Assembly (NCBI GenBank): GCA_963924565.1
Contig: OZ004609.1
Location: forward strand, 32,116,001-32,180,000
DNA from: Ascidiella aspersa
Lineage: Eukaryota
Direction: 5' to 3'
Length of the DNA: 64,000 bases
This document shows, piece by piece, positions 14,301-27,485 of the stretch (its first letter is position 1; each line of letters starts with the position of its first letter). The translations under genes and the position numbers were made by a program. The notes under the pieces were generated by a model. The model ran no database searches. It was not told the origin of the DNA and saw only the letters and a program-made list of their open reading frames with translations.

Positions 14301-17270
14301 GCAACTTCGCCTATCCGAAAGCGCCCAGACGTCGTCCTAAAACCGTATTAGGCTTGGCGTTGTGCGTTCGCGGCGCCAATTACGCCAATAATGATCGGCA
14401 TCTTTAGGGCGCGCGTTCGAAATGACCGGTAGACGTTTTTGCCGCAGAACCACCCTGGATGAATTAGCGGAGTCGCGATGCCAATCAGGCCACTAATCGA
14501 CAGAAGTGACTCGCTGCGGCGTTGTCATACACTTGACCAGAGACGACACGCTTCCTCTGTCACTGGAACCAGGGCGTGTTCGGAAAAAAGCACAGGTGGG
14601 ATATGAGGTGATTACACGTATATAAAGCTGGTTAGTGGGGTTTTGTGTTTTAAAGGTCCCAATTTAAACACCCTAATTGCTTATGAACTTGTTTCGAAAA
14701 GTGGTAGGAACATAAACTATGTAAAGGGTATTTAGACCAATCGTAGCGCTAACTAGCAGTTCCCCTTTCCCTTTCAAAGAGTCCGTTGGCGGCTGGATGA
14801 ATTGGAAATTATGATATGTTAACTAGCGCTGTTCTGCTTGTAAGTTCGTGGTGGATGTGGAATGACGCAAACGCCTCGAAAACAATGTCACTATTCAATG
14901 AAAGTCTTGATAATGGCGGATACAAGACGACTTTAATGAGGTCAAGGGCAAAAATTGTTGCTCAACAAGACAAAACATGGACAAATTTCGCAAAAAAGGT
15001 TTACGACCATGATACGGAGTTTCAACTTCTGCTGACATATTGTTGTTAATACCAGAAACCAAAACTAAGATGTAGCCTCGCCCAAACATTAACTACACCA
15101 AGTGTTAATGGCACAATGTATAATGGTACACCCCGTGCGGTCGGGACAAACGGCGAACCTTATTTTAAAATGACGTAGAGTTCTGTCCTGTAGTTCGATC
15201 GGAAAAACGGAAAATAGATGCATTAAAATTGATGTGACAGGCCCGCAAGTAAAACCCACCTTCCAACCTCTTTAAAGCTTGTGCTTAAGGTTGTGTATAT
15301 CAAAGGGCTTAAGCCAGTCGCCAACTCAAAAGCACCACGTATTATAACCTGTTGCTACATTAACGGACATTACAGTTTTTGGTATAGGATATAAGGTATA
15401 ATAGGTGGTAAATAAAAACACATTCTGGTCGACGCAACTTCTAGTAATTTACATCTGGTAAATTATTACTTTTACATTTTAAGTTTAGGAAGTCAAATTA
15501 TTACAAGAATAGGAAAAAAATCCTCTGCATAAGGGCAAAAAATATCACCTCATTAGCTTTTAGTTGCCCAAGTTTAATTTTCAGTGTATAAATCGGGGTG
15601 GTATATGGCCACGCAGAATGTCGGACAAACTTTATCGAAAAACATGGGTCGGTTAACTTAAAAAGTGTCGGGGGACATGGTTCACCGGGAGCAGCGGTTC
15701 CGCTTTGCGCATGCGCAAGAGCCGTGACTCCGTAAACTTCACGCCTCAAGTGGACTGGACCGGTTGCTATGGGAAACGGTAAACCCGAATTTGGAGGCTC
15801 GAATGTGTATATCACTCGTCTGTTACTTAACACCACAAAGGGATAGCGGACTTACCGGTTTGGGGCAAGAGAAATATATAACTTTATCGGTGGGATTTAA
15901 AGTAAATTAGTCTAGGCTAATTTCTCAACGAACAGAAGCGGCTGTAACAAGCACCATATTTTAGTTTTGCAATGCATCAAGTTGCTGCCCAACTGAGGAA
16001 CGCGGTCCAATCTCCTTGGAGTGGAACAAAATAGGATTTAAGTTCGCTATATATGGCTTTGCGTGGGCGAGTGCTCGGGAGGGAGCGTATGGTTTACTTA
16101 GTGGATAAGCCAACGGGGTGACACTGTACCGAAATAACCAAACTATAACTGCTCAAAAGGTGTGAAGATATAATCCATGGCATAATGGTACTTTGTTCGG
16201 CCTTGTGAACGCGTCTGCTTCGCGTTGCGATTGACAAGAGGAATCTTTTATATTAGATTAAATGGGTGTTATTATTTTAAGGTATGGAATGCACAATTCA
16301 CAATACAAAACGACAATTTTGTGATTTAATCGTCCGTGGCAAATGGGCGCCCAAGGGTCACAGACAAATCTCATTTAACTGCCCGGATTGTCATTTCGAA
16401 ATCGTACGACTACGATTATAATGAAATCATCGTGATCTGTAGGAAGCTTGTCGGATGACGGCGATTCGATTAGGGAATGCGCATAGCGATCTAACACGTC
16501 ACTCACAAAAGTGACATATCCTAAATTCAATCAAATTCGAGTCAGTATTGTCGCTTTTGTTACGTTCGTTGGCAAAGCAGATGTAAAAGACCCCGTTAGA
16601 ATCGAAGATAGCCAAACCAAAAATGGAAACGCGAAAAAGGTCTGAGCTAACAGCAACTTTAAGCTACTATTAGCATCAAACCGGGTGAAAGAGCTTTCAA
16701 AGATTAGTGGGGAAAATCGACTAGGGAAAAAAATATAGCTGTTTTTGAGCTCATACATTAAATAAACGGGTATAAATTATCCAGACCAGTGTACATCTTC
16801 AAAAACGAATTTCAAATAAAAAAAAAAGGAGAAAAAGGGGGGCTTCGGTAAAAACCCAGACAATGTATATCAAATGGCAGCAAATTCCTGGCTAAAACAA
16901 TTTAAGTCACGTACACCATTCTAGGAATAAGAGCCGAGGTGCCAATCCACAAGGGCGCGAATATATATGAGCGTTAAACCGCAGTACAGGCTGCGCGTAT
17001 AATAAAGAGACGCTAAAGTGAAGATGATATAGGTGGGATTCCTAACGAACTTGAACAACGTGAGAGAGGAGTTGGGCGCTAACAGAAGTGATTGGAAATC
17101 TTGAAAGCAAATCGGGCGTGAGCGAAAGGGTTATCGCCGCCACAGTTAGTTCATCTCTCCCCTCAAACCCAAACCGCCATGTAGACGCCCAGGTTCGCAA
17201 CAGGGTCGTATGAGGATGAAACTTGGCATTTGAGGAAACCCAAAGTGCTACCGTATAGGGCAGGGGTTCT

Positions 17271-17565
17271 CAACGGGGTTGCCGCGGCACCCTTTGGTGC
17301 CCTTTCTAAAACTTAAGGGTGCCGAGAGATATTTGATAATATCTTTAGGAATCTGATTTTTGTTTAACTCGTACAACTTTTTGTGTAAGATAATGGAATG
17401 AATCCAATTAATACTTCCTACGTTGTATAGAGCTGATGTGTGTTGTTCCATTTCCGTTTATTGTGACATTCTAGTGAATTGCCAACAGTAAAATCTTGTA
17501 GGGGTGCCGCAATCCATTTAATTTTGTGAGGGGTTCCGCTATCCATAAAAGGCAGAGAAACACTA
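17271..17565. mobile_element. Charlie/Buster-like hAT MITE
   Basis: CAGGGGTTCTCAA...GAGAAACACTA ends, internal GGTGCCGC motifs, and degenerate TSD gtataggg/gtataagc. Confidence 0.75.
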
Positions 17566-20247
17566 GTATAAGCTATAACCTCAATAGGTACCAGACATTC
17601 TTTTTTCAATCAAGCGTTCGTACAGTTTTTGAGTTTACACGGTCGCTTTGAAAGCATCATTCAGCTTCGCCGTAAGCCGCAACACAAGATATGCTTCTTT
17701 ACTTGGATTTTTGCCGCACGATATGCGGTAACAAACACGAGCGTCGCACAGCGTTTTGGTCTCGGGTTGAGCCGAATGTTTACGCTTGGAAAAAACCTCT
17801 CAGCCTTGCCAGGGGTGTTAAGCCGTGTCGGACATGGGGCGTAAAACCGCAACTGAGTTTTCAGTAAAAATATTGTACCCAAGAGCGCTTTAGACGGTGT
17901 TGTGAGCATTGTTTTTTATTCCTTGTTTACGAGCAGATTAAGCCTTTTTCTACATAAAGTTAATCTAAATCCGGTCTAAAGCGATACAGTCGTGGAGATA
18001 TACGGCGCCGACGTGGCTACTGCTGGCGTACTGGAGGCTAAATATATCGCTGGTATTTATCAGAGTGTTACATCTCATCAACGCTACAATCCACAGAAGC
18101 GTTTTTCCAAAAGCCTTGCAAAAATTGCATTAATAGCAGCCGACGAAAGGTTTGAAAATTGAACACGAGACCAAGTAGGCAAGGCGCTATATATCCAGTT
18201 ACGTTAAAACGACATCAAGCAAAACTCACAAAATCGCACATTTGTCAGCGCTTGAAATTCGAAGCTCGATAAAGGTAACACCTAATTACTCTCACGTTTA
18301 CCTTAAAAACGCAGGACGAAAAAAAGGACTATATACGTCAAGGAAACCGCGCGCCAGAGATAAATCGCGATTCCCAATGCTTTGGTGCGACAACTGAACG
18401 CTCAGAAGTCAAATATTTGCAGCGCGTATCGAGTGGCATAGCCGCTGATGGTTGTTACGCGTCACGGCTTCCAGAAAGCGGAGACGACCCGATATTTTCG
18501 AGTTTGCTGAGGGTGGCGAGTGAGTCACCAAAGACAAACGGCGGGCTGCGAGTCGCCGGGGTCGACTTGGAGCAACTCAGGCGAGTAATTGAGTCCCGAG
18601 AAACTCGACCGGGGAGATAGCTCTGAAACTCGACGCGCGGGTATTCCCCGACGATGAGACGTGTCACATAGATTTTTCTTTTTTTCAGATGGTTGAGCAT
18701 GATTGAACTTACGTTAGATTGGGGGTTCTTAACCCGGAGTCCGTGGACCAGTTTAAATGGGGTCCATGAATCTTGGTACAAAATTTGAAAAATCGAAAAC
18801 AAAGTCTAACAAAAAAATGCTTTGAAACTCAAAAGCAATTGATAGTTGATATACACAAAAAATCGTATCAAACTTCGACTTTCTGGCCGGATAAATAAAT
18901 GGTGAAGTACATTTGAAGTAACCATAAATATCTTGAAAATTCAAAGATTGTTAAAATTTTGAACAAAGCTTAATCATAATTATACCCAGCCAGTGAAGCA
19001 TTTGCTCAAAGAATGTTTTAACGGTAAAGAATGTTTGTTCGAAGGTTTGAGTTATATTCAAAAACACTTAATAATTTTCGCTTTTCGCGCCTGCCCACGT
19101 AATCTCGCCGGGGGTAATTACGCACTAATGGGGGCACATGGATCATCCGGCTTTAGCAGCGCGAAACAATAGACCTTGGTTCGGTTGATTTTCGCCCAAA
19201 TATGCTTCAGCCAATGTTTACACTCAAGGGCTGAGGGTATTTTCGAGGCGCGTGTAATTTACACGCAGACTGATTGATGAACTTGAGCTGTATACGATCT
19301 TCGAGATAGGCCAGTGAGGGTATCGACGTCGGCGGCGAAATGCAACCCACCCCGAAGCAAATGGACCCGAATGTTTATTCTACTCATCACTTGCAACCAG
19401 GGACCGATTTGGGCGAGCATAATGGCTTTTTTTGTTTGGCAACCAGTGTTTGCTTTGAGGCAAGTGGTGCGATGAGACACCAAACTAGGTTTTTGAAACA
19501 ACTGTTAAAAAAATGGTGATAAAAGATTCGCAACTTAGTGTTTTCCAAATGACTTTAGGCCAAGTAAAGTTATTTGCAAAAAAAAAACATGAAAAGTTCC
19601 AGTTCTAGTTCCCGTCATTCGTTTAGTCCCAGTCCAAGTAATTGCCATACAAAGTCTAATCAATGTCATATAACCAAAGTGTCAAACCATTTAAATATGT
19701 AAATTTGTCCGACCCGGAGCAGCGTTTCGAATAGTAAACCACAAAAACGAAGTAAGGAAATAAACTGTTTGGTGCAGAAAACGTAAAAGAGGTAAATACC
19801 TCAAATTACAACCAAATCATAATGAAAACACAAAAATCAAGACATTTTACTCTAAGTGAAGTCTTTTTGCCTCATGAGTGAAATCGAGACAAATTTTGTG
19901 AAAACCGTGACTTATGCTCACTTTAATTAATTTGTTGACCTTATCTTAGTCATATGAATACTGGAAGAGATAAACAAGAACAGCAATCTATTGGAGGCCC
20001 GGCCGGGTTTGAACTCTGGTGAAAACGCGCGAGTTTCTTCCAAAGCTGCATCCGCAGATAAACAATTCCAACGAAAACTAAAGGTCGTCGGATTTGGTCA
20101 GCTTCGAAAGATCTTCAGATCGGAGGAACCCAATCCGAAGCCAGGGTGTAAGTTTAACCTTTTCCAAGGCCTTTCTGCTTATTTGCACGCGTCAATACGA
20201 GGTTAATGCTAAGCTACGAAACGACTGCGCAGCCGAAGGATTTCGGC

Positions 20248-20320
20248 CAGAGTTTCTGAACCCTAGGGTCGCCACCCAAACTTGGGAATACGCTTAATGT
20301 GTTTGGGTCGCCGACAGTAG
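20248..20320. mobile_element. Charlie-like MITE terminal fragment (related ends at ~18720, 22585-22648, 45268, 49275-49309, 57535-57570, 58120-58188)
   Basis: CAG(A/G/T)G..TTCT..AAC...GGGTCGC-type termini or their reverse complements; the partner ends are decayed. Confidence 0.5.
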
Positions 20321-23300
20321 TAGTTCACAGTTCACATAAAAAAGGATACAGCGAAAACAAAGCGAAAACTTGGTTCATAGTAATTAAATATGAATTTATT
20401 CATGCTAATGAAAGATACATACACATACGTGGGCAACTACTGTGATCTAGGCTTTCTAAAGTCGTTTTTCATCAACGATAACGTAAGTGTCGTCCATCGC
20501 ATTTATTCATGATATTGTCTAATTTGTTTGTTGTTCACTTTAGGCTTGCAAAAAGTTCAGTGAAGAGAATTGGGCCGCCAAAGCTTTGCTGTTACACTTA
20601 AGCTTCATATTCGGGTAGGGCTTTCGGAAGCTCTTAGAAGCGGTAAAAAAGCAACAAGTCGAGAATTTTAGTGCGGAATTGTTGCTGCACATGTAGAATG
20701 AAACTTAGGGTCAAAAAAGCGGCTACGAAGACGGAAAACAGACCCCGTTATTCGACGTTGAACGGAAAGCGTCTATCTGCGCGGCGGCCGCGTCAGCTTG
20801 TTTGTTGAAATGTTCCAGCGCCTAAAGCAACGGATAAGATCCGGGGCACTTTAAATGGAGAAGGCTCGACCAATGTATGTACATAACGGGAGAGATATCA
20901 AGACGCCTCTTTTTTGCACCACATAGGCTCTGCATATTGCCGACGGGGCGTGTTTAGGGGCCGCGCGGCGCCTTACACAGCTAGGGGCGGTAGATGTTGT
21001 TGGCCTTACATGGTCAGAAGCGCAAACTGTGGCGATAAGATGAAACAGCTCGATAGGCGCGCGAGACGAAAGCTACAAGGCGCCCTGGGCATCACTGTGC
21101 ACCTTTGCAAATCTAAGGTTTGCTTTAAGCAGAAGGTTTAAAGTAAGTGTCGGCTGTTTTCGGAGCGGCCATGAAATTGTCGATGTGGTTTGATGTAAAC
21201 ATATCATGCATTGTGCAATTTGGAAAACCTCTTCAGGGGATCGTGCCTATTGGTCATCCAAGGGTCATAATAAAGCTTAAAAACATTTGTGAAACGGGAG
21301 CATTGTGCTTTATAAAACAGTGGTAAAAAACAGATGAACCGGCGAAACAGCAAAGAAATAACCTGTGTTTAAACAGAGCCTGCGGTTTTAGATTTGTTCT
21401 TTCCAAAAGGTTTAAAATGTTTATATAAAGTGTGGTTCAAAACCAAGCAAGCGCTTTTTGGAGCGATCACCGAAAGTAGACAAAGTGTGCAAATAATCAC
21501 GAACTGTGCTTGAAAGATAGGCCTGGCTCAGTTCCTACAAGCTGGCTGACAAGCCAAGTACAAAAAGCAAAGGTTAAAAAAGAGTTTGATGCGTTCTTAA
21601 TAGCTGTTCAACAGTCCAAATCACACTTGCTTTCGCGTTTGTGGAGCACGTATGGAGCGATTCGATCAATGAATGCCGCATAGGGTAGGTACTAAAGTGC
21701 ACAGGTCGACTACACACAGCTATCAAAACCGCTTCAAAGCACTTAAATGTAACACGACGATGAGCTGGGAGGTAGATGTAATGCCTTTCTTTAAGGAGGC
21801 CTACCATTAGGTCTTACCACAGAATCTCACTTCAATTCGGCCTCGATTTTATCATTTTTGTGATTACACCTGCGCGCATGTTAACCCGTTCTTGAACAGT
21901 ACCATGTACATCGGATCTATGTGGTACATTGTAGGGATACACCAATTAGAGATTCTAAACAATGTTTTTTTTTATTTTCCCGAGTTTTGCATTGCTTCTA
22001 TGATTATTTTCTAACCAATTTAAATTACTTTGAGAGTGGGTTAAATGGCCTCAGAAATCGCCTCTTGGTTATTTACCCGGCTCATAAGGGTACACACACA
22101 CCCAATATATATATTTACCTACTTTGTTGCCTGGGTAAGCAGCCTCCTACATTAAGTAAAATGCCTGTTTTGTAGACATTTAAATCGCGGAAAAACCCAC
22201 TTTCCAACATAAAACAATCCATTTTCGACTTTTGACGACATTATGTTACGAGGGGAAACCGCAAATGAATTTACACTTTTTATGGCGACGCTCGACTGCA
22301 AAACGTGACGATGGGGATTTTACTGAAAAACAGCTTAAAACCAAATGTGTCTGGTGGAGGAAACCGTTGAGGAAGCGAGCAATTTTACGAGATCTCGTCG
22401 CACGTTTGTGAAACGGGATACGGTAAAAGGGCTACAGCACGCTAGCACGCGAGATGTGGCGGCATTAAATCCGGGACTGATTTTTTTGTGTTTTCGAAAG
22501 CCCAGATAAGCGTCGAGTTGGAGTTACATACTCAAAGGGTCGATTTCAGCATGAAGGGTACTAAATTTGTACAAACTTACTCGCAACCCCCTTAAACTCG
22601 TTGCCCGACCCCCAGTAGGGTCGTGACCCCTATTTTAAGAAGCCCAGAGCTAAAATGCACCAGGATTCCAGGAATTCAACTTTAATTTCAATTGACCATG
22701 TTAAAGCAATAGAATCCCTTTTTCTTCGGTACGTGTTTTCGTGTTGTTTTCTCGGCTCCTGTTTGTTTCGAAAAGGCGCCTAAAACTGGGCGCAAATAGA
22801 CAGAAACCGATAAAAAGCGTCTGGAAATCGCAAGTTTGTTGTCGAGATCGCAATCATCGGGAACCAAGCAGCTGGCATATTCGCCGAGATTCTGACTCTT
22901 CTATAATATAGACGAAGTGTTTTGTTTTTAAGACTAGCAGATGACCGCGGGGCGCGAGTCGGTCAAAATGACGCAGAGTCGGTTTCAATCTGGCCGAAAA
23001 TGCGCGGTGTTTACGCGCACGTCCAAATGTGTTCGGGAAGCCCCTTAAAGTGAGACATATTCCAACGAGGTAGGGAGTTGTCTAGCACGCGAAACAAACA
23101 CCTTTTTTTCCAAACTAAAGCGATCGCATGATGTTGGTGGCTCACTAAAAACAGTGTGCGATATGGCTGAAACACGGTTCTAGGATCACCGGCGTAGATG
23201 TGCGTTTGGTGCTGCGCTCGAAATCAGTTTACGCAATACATTGAATAAATTGAAGACCGGCATTTTTCTCAAAACGCATACCAAACTAGACGAAGTCGAA

Positions 23301-26300
23301 ATAATGACACCCTCCCAAAAGCACACAAACCAACAACTAACATGTTTGTTTGGGGCTTCGTCTCGTCGGCATTTATACCAAAAAAACAATTCGTTTTACT
23401 TGATATTACTCAAGGGAGAAGGCCATGTTCAAAAAGAGAGCAGCCGTTTTCGCGAGAGAAAACGCATTAGGACAATGATTTTGAGGGTGAATTTCAGCGT
23501 TATTGACCTGGGCATTTGTGCCGCATTGTTGACATGCCTTCGTAGAAGAACTACGAATTCCTTTGCTAAAACGAGATTCCAGCGCGTTACTTTCGCTCGA
23601 GCGAAATAACCCAGGGGGCAAAAAATCAATGGAATCTCGTCAAAGGCCATGTTTACTCGAGGATTTTCGACACGGAGGTACAAGCCATTAGGGCCCAGGC
23701 CTAAAAGACGCGGCAAAATCGCGCGTACAAGCTCAAAATCGAACGTTGGAGCAAAGACCCAATAGTTAAATCCCTTCAAGCGCTAATCTTGGGTACCCGG
23801 CATTCTTCGCCCGGCTGCAAATTGCCTAATCTGCTCATCTGGTGAGATCGCCTTACTCAAAACGACCGACGCGTCTAGGCGAACGCCAAGTCAAGTGAAG
23901 GTGGCTGTGGCTTAAAGGCGAAGGTTCAAGATCGCGCCGTCGGATCTTTACGCCTGTCGGAGCCCGCAGTCGGGGTTAAGCGCCTTGTCAGGCCGAGCAC
24001 AAACACAGCGCAAAAGGGCCGGAATCAATCACAGCGCTAGCGCGAACGCCCTGCTGGCAGTTAAAGTAAGTGTAGTCATTTCTTTGTGCTGCGATTTTGC
24101 GGGGATGAAAGCCACAGCAGTGGGTCGAAAGCCTTGTATTGGTTGATGCCGCAAAAATGACGAATCCGTTTGCTTTGTTGTAGAGATTTTGCGCGGAAAT
24201 GAATAAAGGTTTTCCTTCATCACAATGTAACGAGGAAATGTGATTGCATTCCAAATCTAACAACTTCAAAGACAACCTTACATATTTAAAAAAAACACTA
24301 GCACTTCGCCTTTTGAAACAGCTTAAAAGCAATTATAAACGACCTCGTTCTCCAGCAGCAGTTTTTAGAGGTTTTCTTTATTAAAAATGTAACGAGAGCT
24401 TCAAACATTAAATTGGTGTGTTTTATGATTCAGAGCAACCATCCGTTCACACAATTTTCTCAGGTTTTCAGCAATTTTAAACGATCTTGTAGACCACCAA
24501 AAGCTATGTTGTCGCTAATCTCAAACATGTTGTCGCTAATCTCAAAGCCAGTGTTATTGCGGTCCTATACTGTCAAAATTTAAGCCGCTGTTTCACCAAA
24601 ACGATTCGCCATGTTGGCCGAGATGCAGGCAGCACATTAGCGAAGCTCTTTTCTCCCCCGAAAAGCAAGGGGGCAATTTCGTCCGGCCTCGGCGAACGGC
24701 AAAGCGGCGGATGACACGCCCATTAGTCGATATTATCGGTGCGCGAGATTGGAAACGGGGCTTTCCGGACTAGCACGTGTGTCCAGAAAGAGCACAACAC
24801 TGTGAATCATATCGCGTACGAAAATCTATAAGCGATGCAGCAACAGTCGTGTACAAACCAGCCCGGACACCAAATTTGGTCGAAAATCGTGCTGCTTTCG
24901 TGTACGTGCTGCTGTAGGAGGAAAAACCCTTACAACCTGTGCACATCAGTTGCGGAAAAACATGAAGTTCGCCGCATGTCAATTGGCGTATGATCCGCTG
25001 TTTGCGAAATAAACGCCAAAAGACGCACGGTTTATTGTAAGGCGAACACAGAACACAAACCAAAAATGGATAAGCTGATCTAAATAAAGATAAACAACAC
25101 GCCAGGCTCGACGGTTCGTCAGACATTTGGGATCTGGGCAAAAGTTTTCCATCAAGATGAGTCATTTCAAAATAAACAAATCACAAAGCTACATGCTACT
25201 TCGCAACATTTGGTCAAGCAGACAAGCTGAACGTTTGCAAAACACTGGGAACGTTTGCAAAACACTTTGGGTAAATTTAGCCTACATCTACATAGTACTT
25301 TAATCTTCAGGATATTAATTCTTCAATTTGAGGGTGACAAACTCTAATGGAAAGATTTTAAACAAATAAAACATACGTTTTTTTAGCACAAATTTTCCAC
25401 GGTTTGGTTTCATTTTTTTTTAAACACTTAAAAAACAGTCCTTTTAAAACACGGTTGAACTAAAACTTCCAAAAAGGGGATGGCAAATGTGTTATCCAAA
25501 TTAGCTTTTTGGTTAACTTAAAATTTCTACAGAGGTGAAAACCAAGTTAAAGGTATCACATAGTTTAACCCATAAGGGAACAACTAAGCAACACGATACA
25601 CTGCGAAATTATACGCGCACATCACAACCCAAAGTCGATACATACAAGCCGTACAGGCAGCTATAACAGGGGAGTCGAATTAGGTCGGACATGTCCTCGA
25701 AGCGAACCGCCCCAACTGGGAATAGACGCGTAATTAGCCTCACACCGCTACACGAAGTTAAACGAGCGGAGCTGTTCGGTGCAATTATACCGACCTAGGG
25801 AGCCAAAGGATGTGGTATAAGGCTTTCGACGACACAGAGCTATGCGCTGCGCCAAATCAACTTGCCCGTGTTGTGGTGTTGGACGCCTGTGCCCCTTAAC
25901 TTGGGTGACAGGGTTGGAACGCTTTGATTCACTTAAGAGCAAGTTGATGGTTGAAAATAGAGCACCATGTTAACGGGAGATTGGTGTTGACATATTAGCA
26001 ACATCCCATTTGCTATATAGATGCTGGGACGTGAAATAACGCACTTGTCCGCTTTAATAGTTTAAAACGTATCGTCATTGACTAAATGATGAAAAAATAA
26101 GTTTGGTAGGTTTTCTGTACGAAACGCAGTTTACAGCTGCGTGTATTTTTATTGATTTAGTACTGTTGGAAACACAGAATTTATGCACTCTTGTTGCGGA
26201 AAATTTTAGGCCGCATCAGTTGAATGCCTAAAGGTATGACAGTAAGGCGAGAAAAAAACAAATAAAGAGGATTAATGAGAGGTAAATCAGATTCACACTG

Positions 26301-27378
26301 AGAAAAGATGCCCCAACTAACATAACAAAACTCTCCAAGTTAGACAATAAACCGGAGGGTACAGAAACTCACACACAATCAAAAACAAACACATTCACAC
26401 AATCATACACACACGTGGTTTTGTCACAGCGGCCTCGCACCAATTTTTCGCTAAACAATCGCGGAAATTACAATCATTCTCACGAGCGGCCGAAGCGTAA
26501 AACAAAGGCGATTGTCTCAAGAATTTGAAACGCGCGCTATGCCCTTCTATTTGTTATTGGGAGGGATTACAAGCCAGGCCATTGTCTGCGCGCCATTACG
26601 CCACAATGGCCGCTCGACCCTCGCCTTACAACGCCAAAAAATCGAACGCGCAATTGCAGCTTGCTATGCAGTGTACACTTGTACAGTAATCAGCAAACGT
26701 TAGGGATTAAATAGACGGGGAAAATCGAACGTAATTTGCGATTATTGAGCTTAATGCGCGCGCTTGTGTGTTTTGACAACGCTGCATTGAAAGGACGACC
26801 ACAAGGACGTCAATTGATAGTAAAACGCCGCTTTCCTTAAGCTAATCGCTTTTGCTGGCCTGCCTGTTGGTGGCAGCATTGGAGGCACAGCTTTTACGCA
26901 GCTGCGCATAAAACAAACAAGAACTTACACCTTTACTTTACGCGAACTGTTTTAAGCATTTGGTATCGTTTCTGGGCACGTACCACCTAGTAATGTTTTA
27001 TCATTGCTGCGTATACCTCATAAAGTTAAAAAAAAATTCGTTCTAATTTTTTTTTTTTTTTTTTAAATTCGTTCTAATTTTTTTTTGTTTATTAAGCAAA
27101 AACGTCTTGCTTCTAGCAAAAGCAGAGGTCGTTTTATTTCCTAAACTCCGCGTGTGTACTGAAAGTTGCTCGCGTACTAACTATAACCCTTTAGGCATTA
27201 GTTACCACATATTGGGAACTACCGCATTTCAGGCAATCCGTTTTAATAGTTTCTTTTTACTGTATAATGAAAATGCTGTCAATTCCAATTGGGTGAAAAA
27301 CTTTCGAAATACAGAATCTGTACGACGGAATGAGGTTGCTAACGCAAATAGATTTTTTACCCATTGTCAAACTCTCAC

Positions 27379-27485
27379 CTCGGCTGCATCAGTGCGTTCC
27401 AATAGACTTCGTGTCGTTTCGCTGCCGTGTTCACCCTCGTTATGACCATGAGGAGCGCCACCCAGTAGACCAGGATCCCGATCAT
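27379..27485 (-). CDS. Efna: Ephrin paralog 1, coding exon 1 (signal peptide + HEVYWN)
   Basis: ATG at 27485 gives MIGILVYWVALLMVITRVNTAAKRHEVYWNALMQP+AG|gtgag. This is a hydrophobic signal peptide followed by the ephrin RH.VYWN motif. The 107-nt phase-2 exon joins 2091 in frame (AG+G=Arg). An upstream acceptor gtttcttttacag| lies at 27555. Confidence 0.9.
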
